In this document: positions 36,296 through 49,070 of the stretch, in pieces | Layout: the number at the start of each line of letters is the position of its first letter | Position numbering within the stretch: position 1 is the stretch's first letter | NCBI GenBank assembly: GCA_951406725.2 | Contig: OX597818.1 | Span: 108,996,001 to 109,060,000 of the forward strand | Direction of reading: 5' to 3' | DNA length: 64,000 bases | Source: Octopus vulgaris | Lineage: Eukaryota | Made by a program: the position numbers and the translations under genes | Notes under the pieces: model-generated | The model's database searches: none | What the model was told of the DNA's origin: nothing | Seen by the model: the letters and a program-made list of their open reading frames with translations, nothing else

Positions 36296-39239
36296 GGAGA
36301 GAGACAGAGATTGATAGATAAATAGAGAGATACACTCATACAAACATATGTGCATGTATGTGTGTATGCATATATACATGAATGAGGGACTCAAGACATT
36401 TCAATAAAATATTGTTCCCATAATACTTTTCAAAATTTCTGATGTGACATAATAGAGTAAGTACTGGTACTTAAAAATTAAGTACTGGTACTTAAAAATC
36501 AAAGCGAGTAGTTTTACAATTTTGCTTTTAAGGAATTTTATTCAGAGATTTCGTCGTAATGACTGAATCTGAAGGAAAAGTGGCTGCAGAAGAAAAAAAA
36601 AAGTTGGAACAAATCTATCACTTGGTGGTTGTATCAAACTCTCATGATGAAAACCACAATGGATTGGTTTAGAATTTAATAGAAACATTCAATAAATGGC
36701 ACAACAACATTCTGTAGGGGAAGCTGAATCAGAATGTATATGGTTTAGTGGGCGTTCATTTTAAAATTTTTGACTAAATTGAGAACAAAGAGGCTTTGGA
36801 CAGGATCTATGGCTAGAAACATCTCAAGCAGCAGAACTGAACAACTGTCAAAGAAAAGGTGAAATAATTAGAAGTAGGACAAGAGGGATGTGCAGCTTTT
36901 ACCAGCACAGGATAACAAATATTGTATAACTGAATCAAAAAGCACATGGGGTATGTGTAAATTCGAATATAGAAACAGTCAGTGGCAGACACTGAGAACC
37001 TAGAGGGAACCGTTTCTCTGTATACATTTATTGTATACCTCAGCTTCCTATATTTCAACTTTCCTTGTCATCCCCTTCACTGTTCATGCAATGGAAAATA
37101 TTCCGTGTAGCATAATACTTAAATATCTTTTCTAAGCGGAGCTACTTTTTGTTGCCTACTTCCTCCATTTACAATACTGCCCCGCCCCCCGCTTTGCCTT
37201 GAGTCAATACATCATTATTTCAAATCCTTACCCTTTTCTTTTTGCCACCTTTAAAGCACTTTCTACCTTCAATTCTTAGCTTCTTCTCCTCACATCCCAG
37301 ACATCTTTCTCCTATATTTTCCCAGACAACACTACTTTGTCTCCGCTTGCCCACACTTTCTTACCTTCATTCTCAGATGAAGAGCAAGGACAAAATCATT
37401 CCATGCTGCACTCCTCACTAATTAGACTTATCCACTCTCCACTTGACTAATTGTTGCTGACACAGACCACCACTACTTTCATTTGATTCCAAAGTTTATT
37501 GTATTTCTACAATGACCAAGAGAAATAGAGAGAGGCAGAGGAATAAAAAATGGTAAGAAGGGCTGAGATGGATTGCTATGTAGAGAGAAAGGAGAGAGAA
37601 GAGGAAGAATTTAACTACCTCTTACATATACATACATATGTATGAGGGGGTGATAGCAAAGATATTGCAGTTATACATGAAGGGGAGATTTCTATAATTA
37701 GTTCACAAAGTTGTATATTTGCATTAATTAAACAACTAATATTTTAGTGAGAGATGAGATCAGTTGGCAAGGTCAATATTAGATATTACTGACAGTTCAG
37801 TTTTAAATTACATAGTCGCTATGAAACAGTAAAGTAGGCACCAAAGGGATTTGATCTCATAAAATAAAGATGCCAAATTAAACATTCAGAACAATTATAT
37901 GTTTAGTTTTGCGGTTGTGTTGGCCCAGACCAGTTGTTCTAAATCTATTAAGTAATCAAAATGCTAAATTGTTGTTTAGCCCCTGGTCAGTCTTGATCAA
38001 TCAGATAGTCCAGAAACAACAACTCCAGCTTTGATAATGGGATTAATATCCAAAACAATGATGAAGATGATGATGTTGAGGATACAAATACTTTCTAGAC
38101 ATCAGTAGAAGATTAACCATACAACACTATAGAACACATGCACTCACACAGTCTAAAAAATATTGAATAGCTGGTTTCATTCATTGTTAAGAAATATGTA
38201 AAAGACAAATAACCATCCTAACTTCGAGGGGTCTTTTTAATTCATTACATACTTATATGATGATTGATAGAAGCAAATAACTCTCTCACACACACACACA
38301 AATTTCTTCTTTATTTTCTCAATCCTAATTTTACCAAAACAAAAAAAAACAGAAAATATAAAATATAATATTAAACACATAAATAAATGAAGATCAGGTG
38401 CATTTTTCTAGAGTCAAGGAGAAACTTACACTTCAGTTACCTTCTCCATTCTAATTATGAATTTGGAATTGCCAATTAGCCATTTATTCAGCTAGAACAA
38501 TCAAGATACATGAAACTGCAGAGCTCTATTCTTCTTGAAGCCAAGAAACCACTAATTGGCTGGAATGAACAATCCAGATAGAATCAGGTAGCTAAGGAAC
38601 AACATTGTTTATTGCATCATTTTTCACTTAAGTTATTTTTTTTATTTCAAAACTTCTTCCCAAAACAGAAATTTTGATTGAAGACAAAGAGCTTTCATTG
38701 CATCTATTTACCAATCTATCATATGTCATATGCCTTTACTAATTTTTATTTTTATCCATTTACTGAGTTCAAATTAGATCTTTACTGGCTTATAATTTAT
38801 TGATCAATTATTCTTATGTAAACTATAACAACAAAATTTTTAGGGAATTTGTTTCAATCTTCCTTTCTTTAACTTTTCATTGCTGGTTCCCCTCTACTTC
38901 AATGCTGATTAATTTTAAATGCACTTTTTCATACAATGAAATCTTCTTTTTCTACAACAACAGCAGCAGCAACTACTACTACTACTACTACTACTTGTAT
39001 GAGGAACATTTTATAGGTATAAACCCAACTGCAATGTGCACACTGAGCTATATACTACAATCACTTATACACACATTGTTTGGCATGTGATAAATCTGGA
39101 AACACACATAAATTACAAATGTTATGATATACAACAACCAGACATATACAGTATCCAATATCGAAGGATATTATGATATGACATGACATAAAATACCACA
39201 TCATACATGCTGGGATATGTGATGCCCGGTGGTTTCCTC

Positions 39240-39540
39240 CATACAATCTGCCAGCTCCAGTCTTCACATGCATAGACAGGCAAGCCCTAGCTCTCTGAAG
39301 CTGCACCAAGAGAGGGGCCACCTCCTATGAATAGAACAGGCTTGCAGGGGCACAAAGAAAATGCTACTGCACAAGCCCAGATCCAACCCCTTGCCTTCAG
39401 TCCTTGCAGACCATCAGTGGCCATACTGCAGCAGAGTCTTTCCAAACATGCATCAGACCAGTCAGCCACAGCCAGGCTCGCAGTGCCCCACTTCTTTCTC
39501 TCATCCTTCGTTATCATCACCAATGATGGACAAACTAACC
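39240..39540 (+). mobile_element. Degenerate RTE-like LINE 3' end with C2H2-like remnant
   Basis: PYCSRVF..CIRPVSHSQ resembles the terminal C.hC.R.f..RIGL.SH motif. Ends in a gatggacaaac-type 3' UTR. Confidence 0.45.
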
Positions 39541-39557
39541 ATATCCTGCTGTATAAC

Positions 39558-39754
39558 AGCGAGCTGGCAGAAACATTAGCACGCCGGGTGAAGTGCGTAG
39601 CTGTATTTCATCAGCCGTTCTGAGTTCAAATTCCGCCAAGGTTGACTTTGCCTTTCATCCTTTCGGGGATGGGTCGATGTAATCGACTTAATCCGTTTGT
39701 CTGTCCTTGTTTGCCCCCTCTGTGTTTAGCCCCTTGTGGGTAGTAAAGAAATAT
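39558..39754 (+). mobile_element. SINE family B with TSD
   Basis: TSD atatcctgctgtataac (39541-39557) / atatcatgctgtataac (39755-39771). Confidence 0.88.
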
Positions 39755-41261
39755 ATATCATGCTGTATAACTTACCATGGTTTACATCACTTTATTGCAA
39801 TAAAAATCATTTTGTTACATTGTATATATATTTAACACACGCATACATGTACACACACACACACACTAAAAATCTATGACATTCCATATACCATTAATAT
39901 ATTCTCCATAATTTGACCTGAAATTATACGAAACCACAAGAGCAAACAACATTTCATTCTAAGATTTCTCTACATGAAGAAATATTCAACATTTTTAAAA
40001 CTATTGTCCAGTTTGATGTGTGTATCCCAAGACACCAACTTTCTGTAAGTTGTAAAGTTAATTGAATACTAGTAGATGGTAATTCTATGCCTATATTTAG
40101 CATCAACTGTGAGATTGTGATCTAAAATGAAAAGAAATTGTTGAAGCACTGACCAAAATGTCACTCAGCATTTTAAGCAGTTTTACACCAGCCATATTAA
40201 CTCGATCAACCTCACAACAAGCAACATCACATTCTTGCTATGCATTTGCCCAAATTTTCATGGAACTAAACAAATAAAATTCACAATGGTCAATAGTGTT
40301 GCTAGCAAATTTCTACCAAAAGCCTATTAAGAGACCAATACTTACATAGACAAAACATATTCATTTTTGTTTGGTTATATCTCAAAATGTATTTGTCAAA
40401 GAGGAGAGATCAAACCAGCAAATTTAAAGTTGAGTCATTTTCCTGCAGAAAATATCCACAGCTCTCTTAGTAAATTTCTATTATCAAAAGAATAACAAAG
40501 CTTCGCAGGATGATTACATTAGTTGATCAAATTTCCCCAACAATGCTAGTGATAACTATTTGTTTTAATGTATTTTTTGTGATATATTTTTGCTGTCTAC
40601 AAAAAAGAAACCAGTTCTGTTTTATTTCTTTTAGCTTTTTCATGTTTGTTTCCTGCATTTATTTCTAATTCTTATTTATTTTGCAAAAATCCATTCACTT
40701 GAAGATTTACTGAGAATAGTAAAATGTAAAGCAAATAGATATTATCGAGCAAGATATTTATCAAGCAAAATATTTATGCACATTTAAATTAGAACTGATG
40801 GTTTGTTTCATTTTCTCCCATATAGCTAAAGATAGCTATTAAGATAAAACACAAAATAAATTGTAATAGCAACATTAAAGTAGTTGACATCATCACTACC
40901 ACCACCACCACCAACAATAAATTCATTGCTTAGTGTCTTTTATATTCAACACTTACATGGGTTAGATAGGTTTACACAACAGTATGTTCGCTTATCTTAT
41001 TTATTATCTGACAAATGTAGTTTACAAAGCCTACTTAAAAAATATTTCCTCCCAAAATATTCTACAATCAATATACTACTACCTCGTGGAAATCTAAGCT
41101 ACACAAGTATTAACAGTTAAATACCAACTATTTATTATCAGCAATCCCCATCTCTGAATGATGAACCATATTGACAACAGCTGGGGTGACAATCAAAATA
41201 ATGTCACTCACAAATTGTTTAATTCTCTGTCTGGCCCTTCCTCCTCCCCACTTTTATCATC

Positions 41262-41592
41262 TGTTGGTTTCAGTCATTAGACTGCAACCATACAGGGGCA
41301 TTGTGTTGAAGAGTTTCTTCCTATTTTTCTAGTTGAATGAATCTGTCTCCATGCTAATATTTTAAAGCCTCTTCTTCCCAGCCGCTAAGTTATGGGGATG
41401 CGAACACATCAAAACCAGTCATTAAGCAGTGGAGGAGGACACAGGCACAAACAGACACAATGAGCTTCTTTCAGTTTCCATCTACCAAATCCCACTCACA
41501 AGGCTTTGGCTAGCCAGAGCCTATAGTAATAAACACTTGCCCAAGGTATCACACAGTGGGACCCAGCCTGGAACCACATGATTGGGAATCAA
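41262..41592 (-). mobile_element. SINE family A, diverged
   Basis: gcttctttcagtttccatctaccaaatcccactcacaaggctttgg...cacttgcccaagg...cttaccacacagcc. Confidence 0.8.
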
Positions 41593-43001
41593 ACTTCTTA
41601 CCACACAGCCATACAATAAACTTACAACACTTGTAGATGGAGAACATATTTTATGTTCATATTTTAATAGGACTTTTTTTCTTTTTTTTTTTTTTAAATA
41701 TGGATAATGTCAGTGTAATGAAAGAAGAGAATTCTAATGTTTTAGCATACAACTGTTCAGCATATGAGTCTAGTCACCTCCCTGACATGTACCAAGCTAA
41801 TGTTTCTCATAATCAGATATTATTTCAACAACTCAATAGTGCTCACCCTTGTTTTCCCCATTTACACTGCTGCGCATTCAATAAATCACAATGACCAGAG
41901 ATTGGGCAGTTTATTTCTCATTTATTACCCATATTTCACTGTCATGCAGCATCAAACTTCTGACACGTAGTTTGTATACTCTGCTTTTTCAACAGACAGT
42001 GATGTAAATAAATAGATTTCAAATTCAACTTCATCTTTGAATAGATGGTTAGCCATGTATCAATTTCAAGCAGATTAAATAAGGATAAAAATGCAAATAG
42101 TCTTGAATATGAACAATTGCTATTAAAATCCCTTCCATTCTGCCAAGCAACACCAACACATTTCTATTGGCCTTTATCTTATACCACCTCAGTAACACAA
42201 ACTAGACTTCAAGTACTAGAATGGTACCACAAATGAATTGCAATTCTAGCATGGAACTTTTGTACTAAATTACTTAAATGTCCCTGGTTATAATGACGGA
42301 AAGACTAAAGGATATGCACTTTCATTTATGTTTTCATCAATATCTGTTTAAGCTGTGTTGATAGTTCATTGCTATTTATTTTTGACTCAGTTTGTGGAGA
42401 CAGCATCTTTTCACACACTTCTCTATCACACACTATCTCTATCAAAATAAATACGGTAACGAAAGAGTTAAAAAAATAAAAACAATTTTCATTCCAAAAC
42501 TATTGTTTCCTTGTCACTGTAGAGAGATTTGAAACTAAATCCCTGGATATGAGGTCAGGTATCAAGAGTCAGCTACTATGGTTTCATGTGATTGGTCTAT
42601 TAACCAACCAATCAGTGTGAAGCAACTGTGTGGACAACTTTTCTTGAGCTTTCTAGAATTTGATTTCCAGTCCCCTATAAAAAAAACCTTCAATGTGCAT
42701 TTTTAACAGCCAGATGACCCAAGAAGGCAGTTAAGACAGATGGTACAGATAGATGACAGGAACCTCCATCACCACAAATGTAGCACAATTCTTTCCAGTT
42801 ACGATGTGCAAGCCACATGTTGCTGCATCAATAGCTTGCCGTAAATTCCGGGCAGTATCTTTCTCCCACTATGTAATTATTGCTGTTCTTATCTGTAAAG
42901 GGCCAATGCAGGTTTGTCTTTATGTGTGATAATAAAATCAGTTCAATGTTCATGGGTGTTCTTCAATTACTTTTACATGCAGCCTAAGAATAAAAATAAT
43001 T

Positions 43002-43232
43002 AAGGCGGCGAGCTGGCAGAGGCGCTAGCAAGCCATGTGAAATGCTTTGAGGTATTTCGTCTGCCACTACGTTCTGAGTTCAAATTCCGCCGAGGTCAAC
43101 TTTGCCTGTCATCCTTTCGGGGTTGATTAAATAAGTACCAGTTATGCACTGGATTCGCTATAACCGACTTAATTCGTTTGTCTGTTCTTGTTTCTCCCCT
43201 CTGTTTGCAGCCCCTTATGGGCAGTAAAGAAA
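43002..43232 (+). mobile_element. SINE family B with TSD
   Basis: TSD taagaataaaaataatt (42985-43001) / taagaattaaaataatt (43233-43249). Confidence 0.88.
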
Positions 43233-43974
43233 TAAGAATTAAAATAATTTTCCTCCTCAAAATAGTGTTTCCTTGTTACTAAAGAGAGGAAAATCTTATT
43301 TATTTCAAGACACACAAAAAACACTAAGGAAACCGAGGAGTATTACGTCTTACTTCTGAACAAATAGTTTCCTTCTTTAAAGTATTTTCAGAGCATTTAG
43401 ACACTATGAGGCGTTAGAACGTTATTTTTCTAACAAATTGTATCAAAACAAAACTAATCTCCATTTCTTGAACTGCCATCCAATGAGATTTGAAAGAAAT
43501 CATTCATGATGACTGAGATTGGAGGGGATTTCCTGAAAGGAGACAAAAACTATGTATATGGAAGAGAATTTGAATTTTATGATGAAACAGCAGGGGGAAG
43601 GGAAAACTTTGGCATTTACAGAACAGAGGAGAATTGAAAGAGATAGCTAACAATTCTGCTAAACTGCTGACTCCATGTTTATTCAGACCAACTTTCTGGA
43701 GACTATTGGTGTTAATTCACAAATGGCATTGGCTTAATAAAGTTGTCATTGAAAAGTCTATAACTGAATTCTATTGGATCTCTTTGTTTGCAGTGTTTGT
43801 TTTTCTCTTCCTATCTCATATATATATATATATTATAAATAATTGGCTAAGAATCCATAAGTCAGAAAAACTATGCACACATATATTTGTCAAAAGAGGG
43901 TTTATTCTTAGCAATTAGTTTTGCACTGCATATTAAAAGCAGATGCTCCTCAGAACTGGCAGGCATGGAGTACC

Positions 43975-44691
43975 TGCTCTCCATTAATGGAGGTGAAAAC
44001 ATAAACTACATTTGTGGGTGCTGTGAAAAAAGATGAAACAAAGCTATAAGAGGTAAACTCAGCAACAGCAATGTCAAGAGTTATGGCCCTTGGCCCCAAA
44101 AAGAGCCCCAGAGATGGTATAAGGCAATGCAAAAGTTTCCAGGAAATGTATACAGGAGGTAAAGAGTTGGTATTCATTGATATTCAGCTAATATGGTTTA
44201 GCCATGGAAACAACCATTTTGAAAAGTTCTCAGTACCTGAACATTTACCTAAACAGCATAAGTGAGATTTTTAGTTCTTATCCAAATGAAAGAAGGTAAT
44301 ATTTCATTATACCTACAAGCACCAGCATGACTATAATCACTAGCCTTTCCACCTTTCGACCTCCCACAATCATATCATGAGAACCCAGCAAAAAGCTAAT
44401 CAAAAATATACACAAATACACATGTGCCCAAACATGGGCTTATTAAGTGTTCAGACATCAGCCCAGCATTCCCATTTTGTCCCCCAAAACCCCTACACAA
44501 ATACCAACCCCTAAACACCAGCATACATTCCCAGAAAACTCTTGCTGCCTTACACCATTTCAGAGATACTCTGGAACCAAAGGGCATAACTCTTGATATC
44601 ACCCAGGCTCAGTCCACCTCCCTTAGCCCTCTTTGTATTTTTTCATAGCACACACATACTGGATGTATTTTTTCACATTATTAGAGAGCAA
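43975..44691. repeat. Diverged long inverted repeat (arms about 43975-44173 and 44500-44691)
   Basis: The reverse complement of the left arm (aataccaactc...tacatttcctggaaactttt..tgccttataccatct...ggccataactcttgacat...ttttttcacagcacccaca...gagagca) aligns by eye with the right arm (aataccaaccc...tacattcccagaaaactctt.tgccttacaccattt...gggcataactcttgatat...ttttttcatagcacacaca...gagagca). Confidence 0.75.
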
Positions 44692-47317
44692 TCACTGTAT
44701 TTTCTCTATACTCACTGGCTCTGAAGAGTACAAGGTGTTACCTAATATCTGGTTTTCAAACCCAGTAGAATTGATCTATAATACTCTCGATATATATGTA
44801 TACACACACAGAGACACACACACATACATACTGCATTACAAAAGTGACAATTGGAAGAGTTGGTTGTCAGCAAAAGAAATTATTTTGAGTGATGACAAGT
44901 ATACATACTAGGACAGATGGAGTCAACAAATGTGTGGCAATTAGTTCAATTAATTAATAAATATTAATGTGCTCAATCCTTTAGTGAGTGGCATTTAATG
45001 CATAAGTAAAGAGACAACAAGGTAGTCAATCAAAAGAATCATTAGAACGGTCTAACAAATTCTGCCTGGAGCCAACTCCACTTTTCATCTTGGCAACAAA
45101 ATACCTATTAACTAAGTACTAAGGTAGATCTCCCCCCCTCTCTCTCTCTCCCAAAGAAGCACTCTCAGTATCCATTTCCTCCAAGACAATCACTTTCACC
45201 ATACCTCATTGAAGAATGTGGTTGCCAAAGGTCTGGTAGAGCAAGTTATATGACTATCTGGAGAGAGAAAGACTAGACTTTTTTTCCATAACTTTCAACT
45301 GTTGCCATTTGTGGCTTGGCTTGGCTTACTGAGCTAAAGTGTTACCTCAGCATAGCTCTCTAGATCTAACTCATACAGACCCTCTTACAATAATAAAATA
45401 CCAACATTAAGAAAGATATTTTCCACCTAAAATAACAAAGGGAAATAGATTTTATGTCAATGATAATAATGTCTTAATCACACCTTTGACTGTGGTATTT
45501 CATATAAAACTTTAAAAATCCAAAGAAAGTTTTCAAATTCAGGATCAAGATTACAAAGAAATTTTGCTAGACACCAAACCAATCCCCAATATCATTTTGT
45601 ATACAATATTTTCTTACTAAACTACTATTTTGGGCTATACTATGAAAATCATGCGAGTAAAGGAAACAAATTGCATCCAAGAAAACAAAAATCACAATAG
45701 TTTTGGACATAAAACAAGTCAAACCATTCCAATGTGTTTTACATTTCTGTAACATCTAACGAAAGCAAACATTATCTACTGAATAAGAAATGTTTCTATA
45801 GTAGTGTCAATATGAGAAAACTGACGCCATAACCAAAGGAGAAGAGAGAACTGCCTCATTTAATGATTCACCAGTAAGTCTGTATTGCTAAATTGCTATG
45901 TCTTGAGAATCTGGTAAGAAATGAGAAAACAACTGGTGAGTAAAACAAATGACAAGAGACAGAAATAACACAAAAATAAATCATCATCTCCACAAACAAC
46001 GTTTAAATAACACGTTTCTGGGAAATTATTTTTTAAGAAATGGTTTATCTTCAATGTAATTTTCAAACTAAATTAATTTCTTACCATTATATTATTATTA
46101 TTATTAAGATTTTCAGCTTTGTTCACAAGATATTTAAAAATTTGAAGAATATCGTTATTTTCAGGGTAAAGCAAAAACACAGTGGCAAAAATGATAGTTC
46201 GAAAGACTTGGTTTGCAGCCTCTCATTCTAGTCCAATACATTTTCAGATGAAAGCCTGCCAGAACAGATAAAATAAGTACTGGGTCCACTTTAATTAACT
46301 GATATTTTCAATTTTCCTCCACTACAGATATATCAATAACACTGTATCGATGCAAAAATACATTCTTTTTAATGGATTTCAAAGAACCCTGAAGTTAAAT
46401 CAAGACACACACTTAAAAATGCAACACCAACCAGTAAAACAAACAGACCTATGAAATGACATAATATTGGTAAAAAATTTTTTAAATAAGACTAGGAATG
46501 AAATAAAAGAACACAAATGACTTCCTACTGTTGTTGTTGTTGTTCAGGACCCCACCTCCCAAACACATTAAAAACAAACATGCCTTTTTTCTTTTATCCC
46601 AGTTATTGCAGAATGACTGGCAATGCCAACAGTTCCGACACAAAGGGTTCCAGTTGATCCAATCAACAGAACAGCCTGCTGGTGAAATTTTGAGTACTGG
46701 GTTTTCTAAATCCTTCATTGGTACTCCTTTCTCCTGTACTTCTTTTTTATCACATAGCTATCATGCATGGCTTAGTGGTAAGGATATTTGGTGCTCAAAC
46801 GTATGGTCATAATTTCAACTCTTGGCAGTGCACTGTTTCCTTGAGCAAGACATAATTGGCTCTCTTTCTTTTATTATTGCCCTCTCCTCGAACATTCTGT
46901 CGTCTTGACACCTTCTTATTTCTCTCTCATGCTGGCTGCCCCCTATGCCACATTTTTCTTTCATCCAATGACTCCCCCCTCTTCTACTACCCACACTTCT
47001 TGTCCATATACTATCCTTTAACCATTTCACTCACACACCAATAAACCTCTTTCGCTCCAACATACATTTTTCTCCCTCAACCATTCACCTAAAGCCATCC
47101 AACTCCCCTTTATCTCCCTTCAATTAGAGGTAGAGGTTACTTTAGTCTTGAAAGTTACAAAAGGTGCTGGTGCCATGAAAAGAGGTATCCAGGACATTTT
47201 GTGAAGTGGTTGCTAGTTAGGAAGGGCAACGTGCTACAGAAATTAAGCAAAAACAAGACATTGGAGAAAGATGTGTTACTGATATGTTGAATCTTTGAAA
47301 GCAGAGGAAACAGATGG

Positions 47318-47418
47318 ATGATGATGATGATGACAATGATTATAACGCTGATGATGATGATGATGCTGATGATGATGATGATGATGATGATGGTGATGAT
47401 GTTGATGATGATAATGAT
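47318..47418. repeat. (GAT)n microsatellite, expanded tail of an old RTE copy
   Basis: Imperfect GAT run downstream of ttaggaagggcaac (about 47217). Confidence 0.85.
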
Positions 47419-48088
47419 ATTATAGTGTGATAAGGCCTTTCAGAAACAAATACACAATTAGAGAGAAATCTCTTAGCTCTTAATGAATTAAATTATTCAA
47501 AAACTTACTAAAAAATATAGTGAAATTTACAACTCATCTCCATTAGTGAAAATATGTAATATGCATCAAGTAATGCAACTGTGAAATCATAAAAACATAG
47601 AGGTTCTTTTTTAATTTTTTATTTGCAATTAATAAGTTGCTACTGTACTGTAGCTTTTGGTCACACTATGACAGCCAGTAGAGCACTTATCTTCTCTCTA
47701 TTTCTGGTAAGGCTGTGATTGTTGTTACACACTTCACCAATCAATATTTAGTTCACGAACAGCATTTAATAAACCAGAATACTTTGAGAACATACTGACT
47801 TCTTAAAGATTCTGTTTCAAGACAGAAACAGAATCTTCAATCTGAGCCAGATCCAAGAAAAAGGAGTCAAAAACAGAAAGAACCTAAGTAATATTTGTTC
47901 ATGTAATTAAAGCTGTTATTAATTTCATCTCTTACAGATGATGAAGAAGTTGAAAATGCTGGGTAAGATGGGTCTGATTAGACAGATCCTTCATTGGCAA
48001 CAAAGAAGGAAACATAAAATGCATTTTTTTGTCTTGATAAGCATGGAGCAAGGGTATGTTCTTACACCTGCACTTTTTGAATTGTTAT

Positions 48089-48412
48089 ACTGAGCAATAG
48101 TTGAAACTGAGCGATGGCTGAAAGTGAGTGATGGTTGAAACTGAGTGATGGTTGAAACTGAGCGATGGTTGAAACTGAGCGATGGTTGAAACTGAGTGAT
48201 AGTTGAAACTGAGCAATGGTTGAAACTGAGTGATAGTTGAAACTGAGCGATGGCTGAAAGTGAGTGATGGTTGAAACTGAGCGATGGTTGAAACTGAGCA
48301 ATGGTTGAAACTGAGTGATGGTTGAAACTGAGCAATGGTTGAAACTGAGCAATGGTTGAGACTGAGTGATGGCCGATCTGAGCAATGGTTGAAACTGAGT
48401 GATGGTTGAGAC
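48089..48412. repeat. 17-bp minisatellite, about 19 copies, consensus GGTTGAAACTGAG(T/C)(G/A)AT
   Basis: Head-to-tail units with no unique spacers. Explains the three overlapping minus-strand ORFs with 17-aa periodicity. Confidence 0.95.
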
Positions 48413-48437
48413 AATATTTGATGACACTATCAGTTAT

Positions 48438-48738
48438 GGCACTCTAATAGTTATGATGAGTGTTCCAGTTGAACTGATCATGAAATTAACCTGCAAGTGG
48501 TTGAGTACTCCACAGTCGTGTGTATCATTAATGTAGTTCTCTGCAGGATTCAGTGTGACACAGAATGTGACAAGGCTGGCTCTTCGAAATACAGGTACAA
48601 CTTGTTTTTGCCAAATGAGTGAACTGGAGCAGCGGGAAAATAAAGTGTCTTGCTCAAAGGCACAACGTACTGCCAGGAGTTGCACTCACAACTTTACAAC
48701 CATGAGAGAAATACCCTCTAATCCTCTAAGCCACATCC
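48438..48738 (-). mobile_element. SINE family D
   Basis: tttttgccaaatgagtgaactggagcag..aaataaagtgtcttgctcaaaggcacaacg. Confidence 0.75.
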
Positions 48739-48775
48739 TGTCACTTTATGACTCATGGAGCAGTGTAGATGAGTG

Positions 48776-49070
48776 ATTTGGAGTCAAAAGAGGTATCTTC
48801 AACCTGCACAGATTCAATCAAAGTCTAAGAATAGGAATGCAATGGTTGATAAGTTACAATTTTCTGATGACTGTTCTTGTGTCATACACACTTACAGGTG
48901 CTCAATATTTTACTGTGATCAAGTCTCATCATCCAAATGTTCATTCTACCATCAGTTTTCCTGAATAATATGTTCCTCTTTGGTCTGCTGACAAAACAAG
49001 TATCAACCATCACGTCAAGCAATCATTACATCTAACTAAAACCAGAACAACTTTTCATAGGCTATCGTAC
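48776..49070 (+). mobile_element. Degenerate LINE (RTE-like) RT fragment
   Basis: GIFNLHRF../KSKNRNAMVDKLQFSDDCSCVIHT resembles LFNLRRL..KTK....ELLFADDCAL.AH (RT catalytic region). Confidence 0.6.

Noticed and set aside
37372-37410. Second hammerhead candidate (cagatgaagagc...)
   Set aside because: Core is CAGATGA rather than CTGATGA, and no closing stem II or GAAA follows.
47938-47962. Plus-strand 25-nt micro-exon (cttacag|ATGATGAAGAAGTTGAAAATGCTGG|gtaaga)
   Set aside because: Good splice signals, but no partner exons or supporting ORF. Expected by chance in 64 kb.
48089-48412. CRISPR-like array or tandem hammerhead motifs (CTGAG.GA...GAAAC)
   Set aside because: Units are head-to-tail with no unique spacers and the context is eukaryotic. 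CTGAGYGA does not fit CUGANGA and there is no stem II between the boxes.
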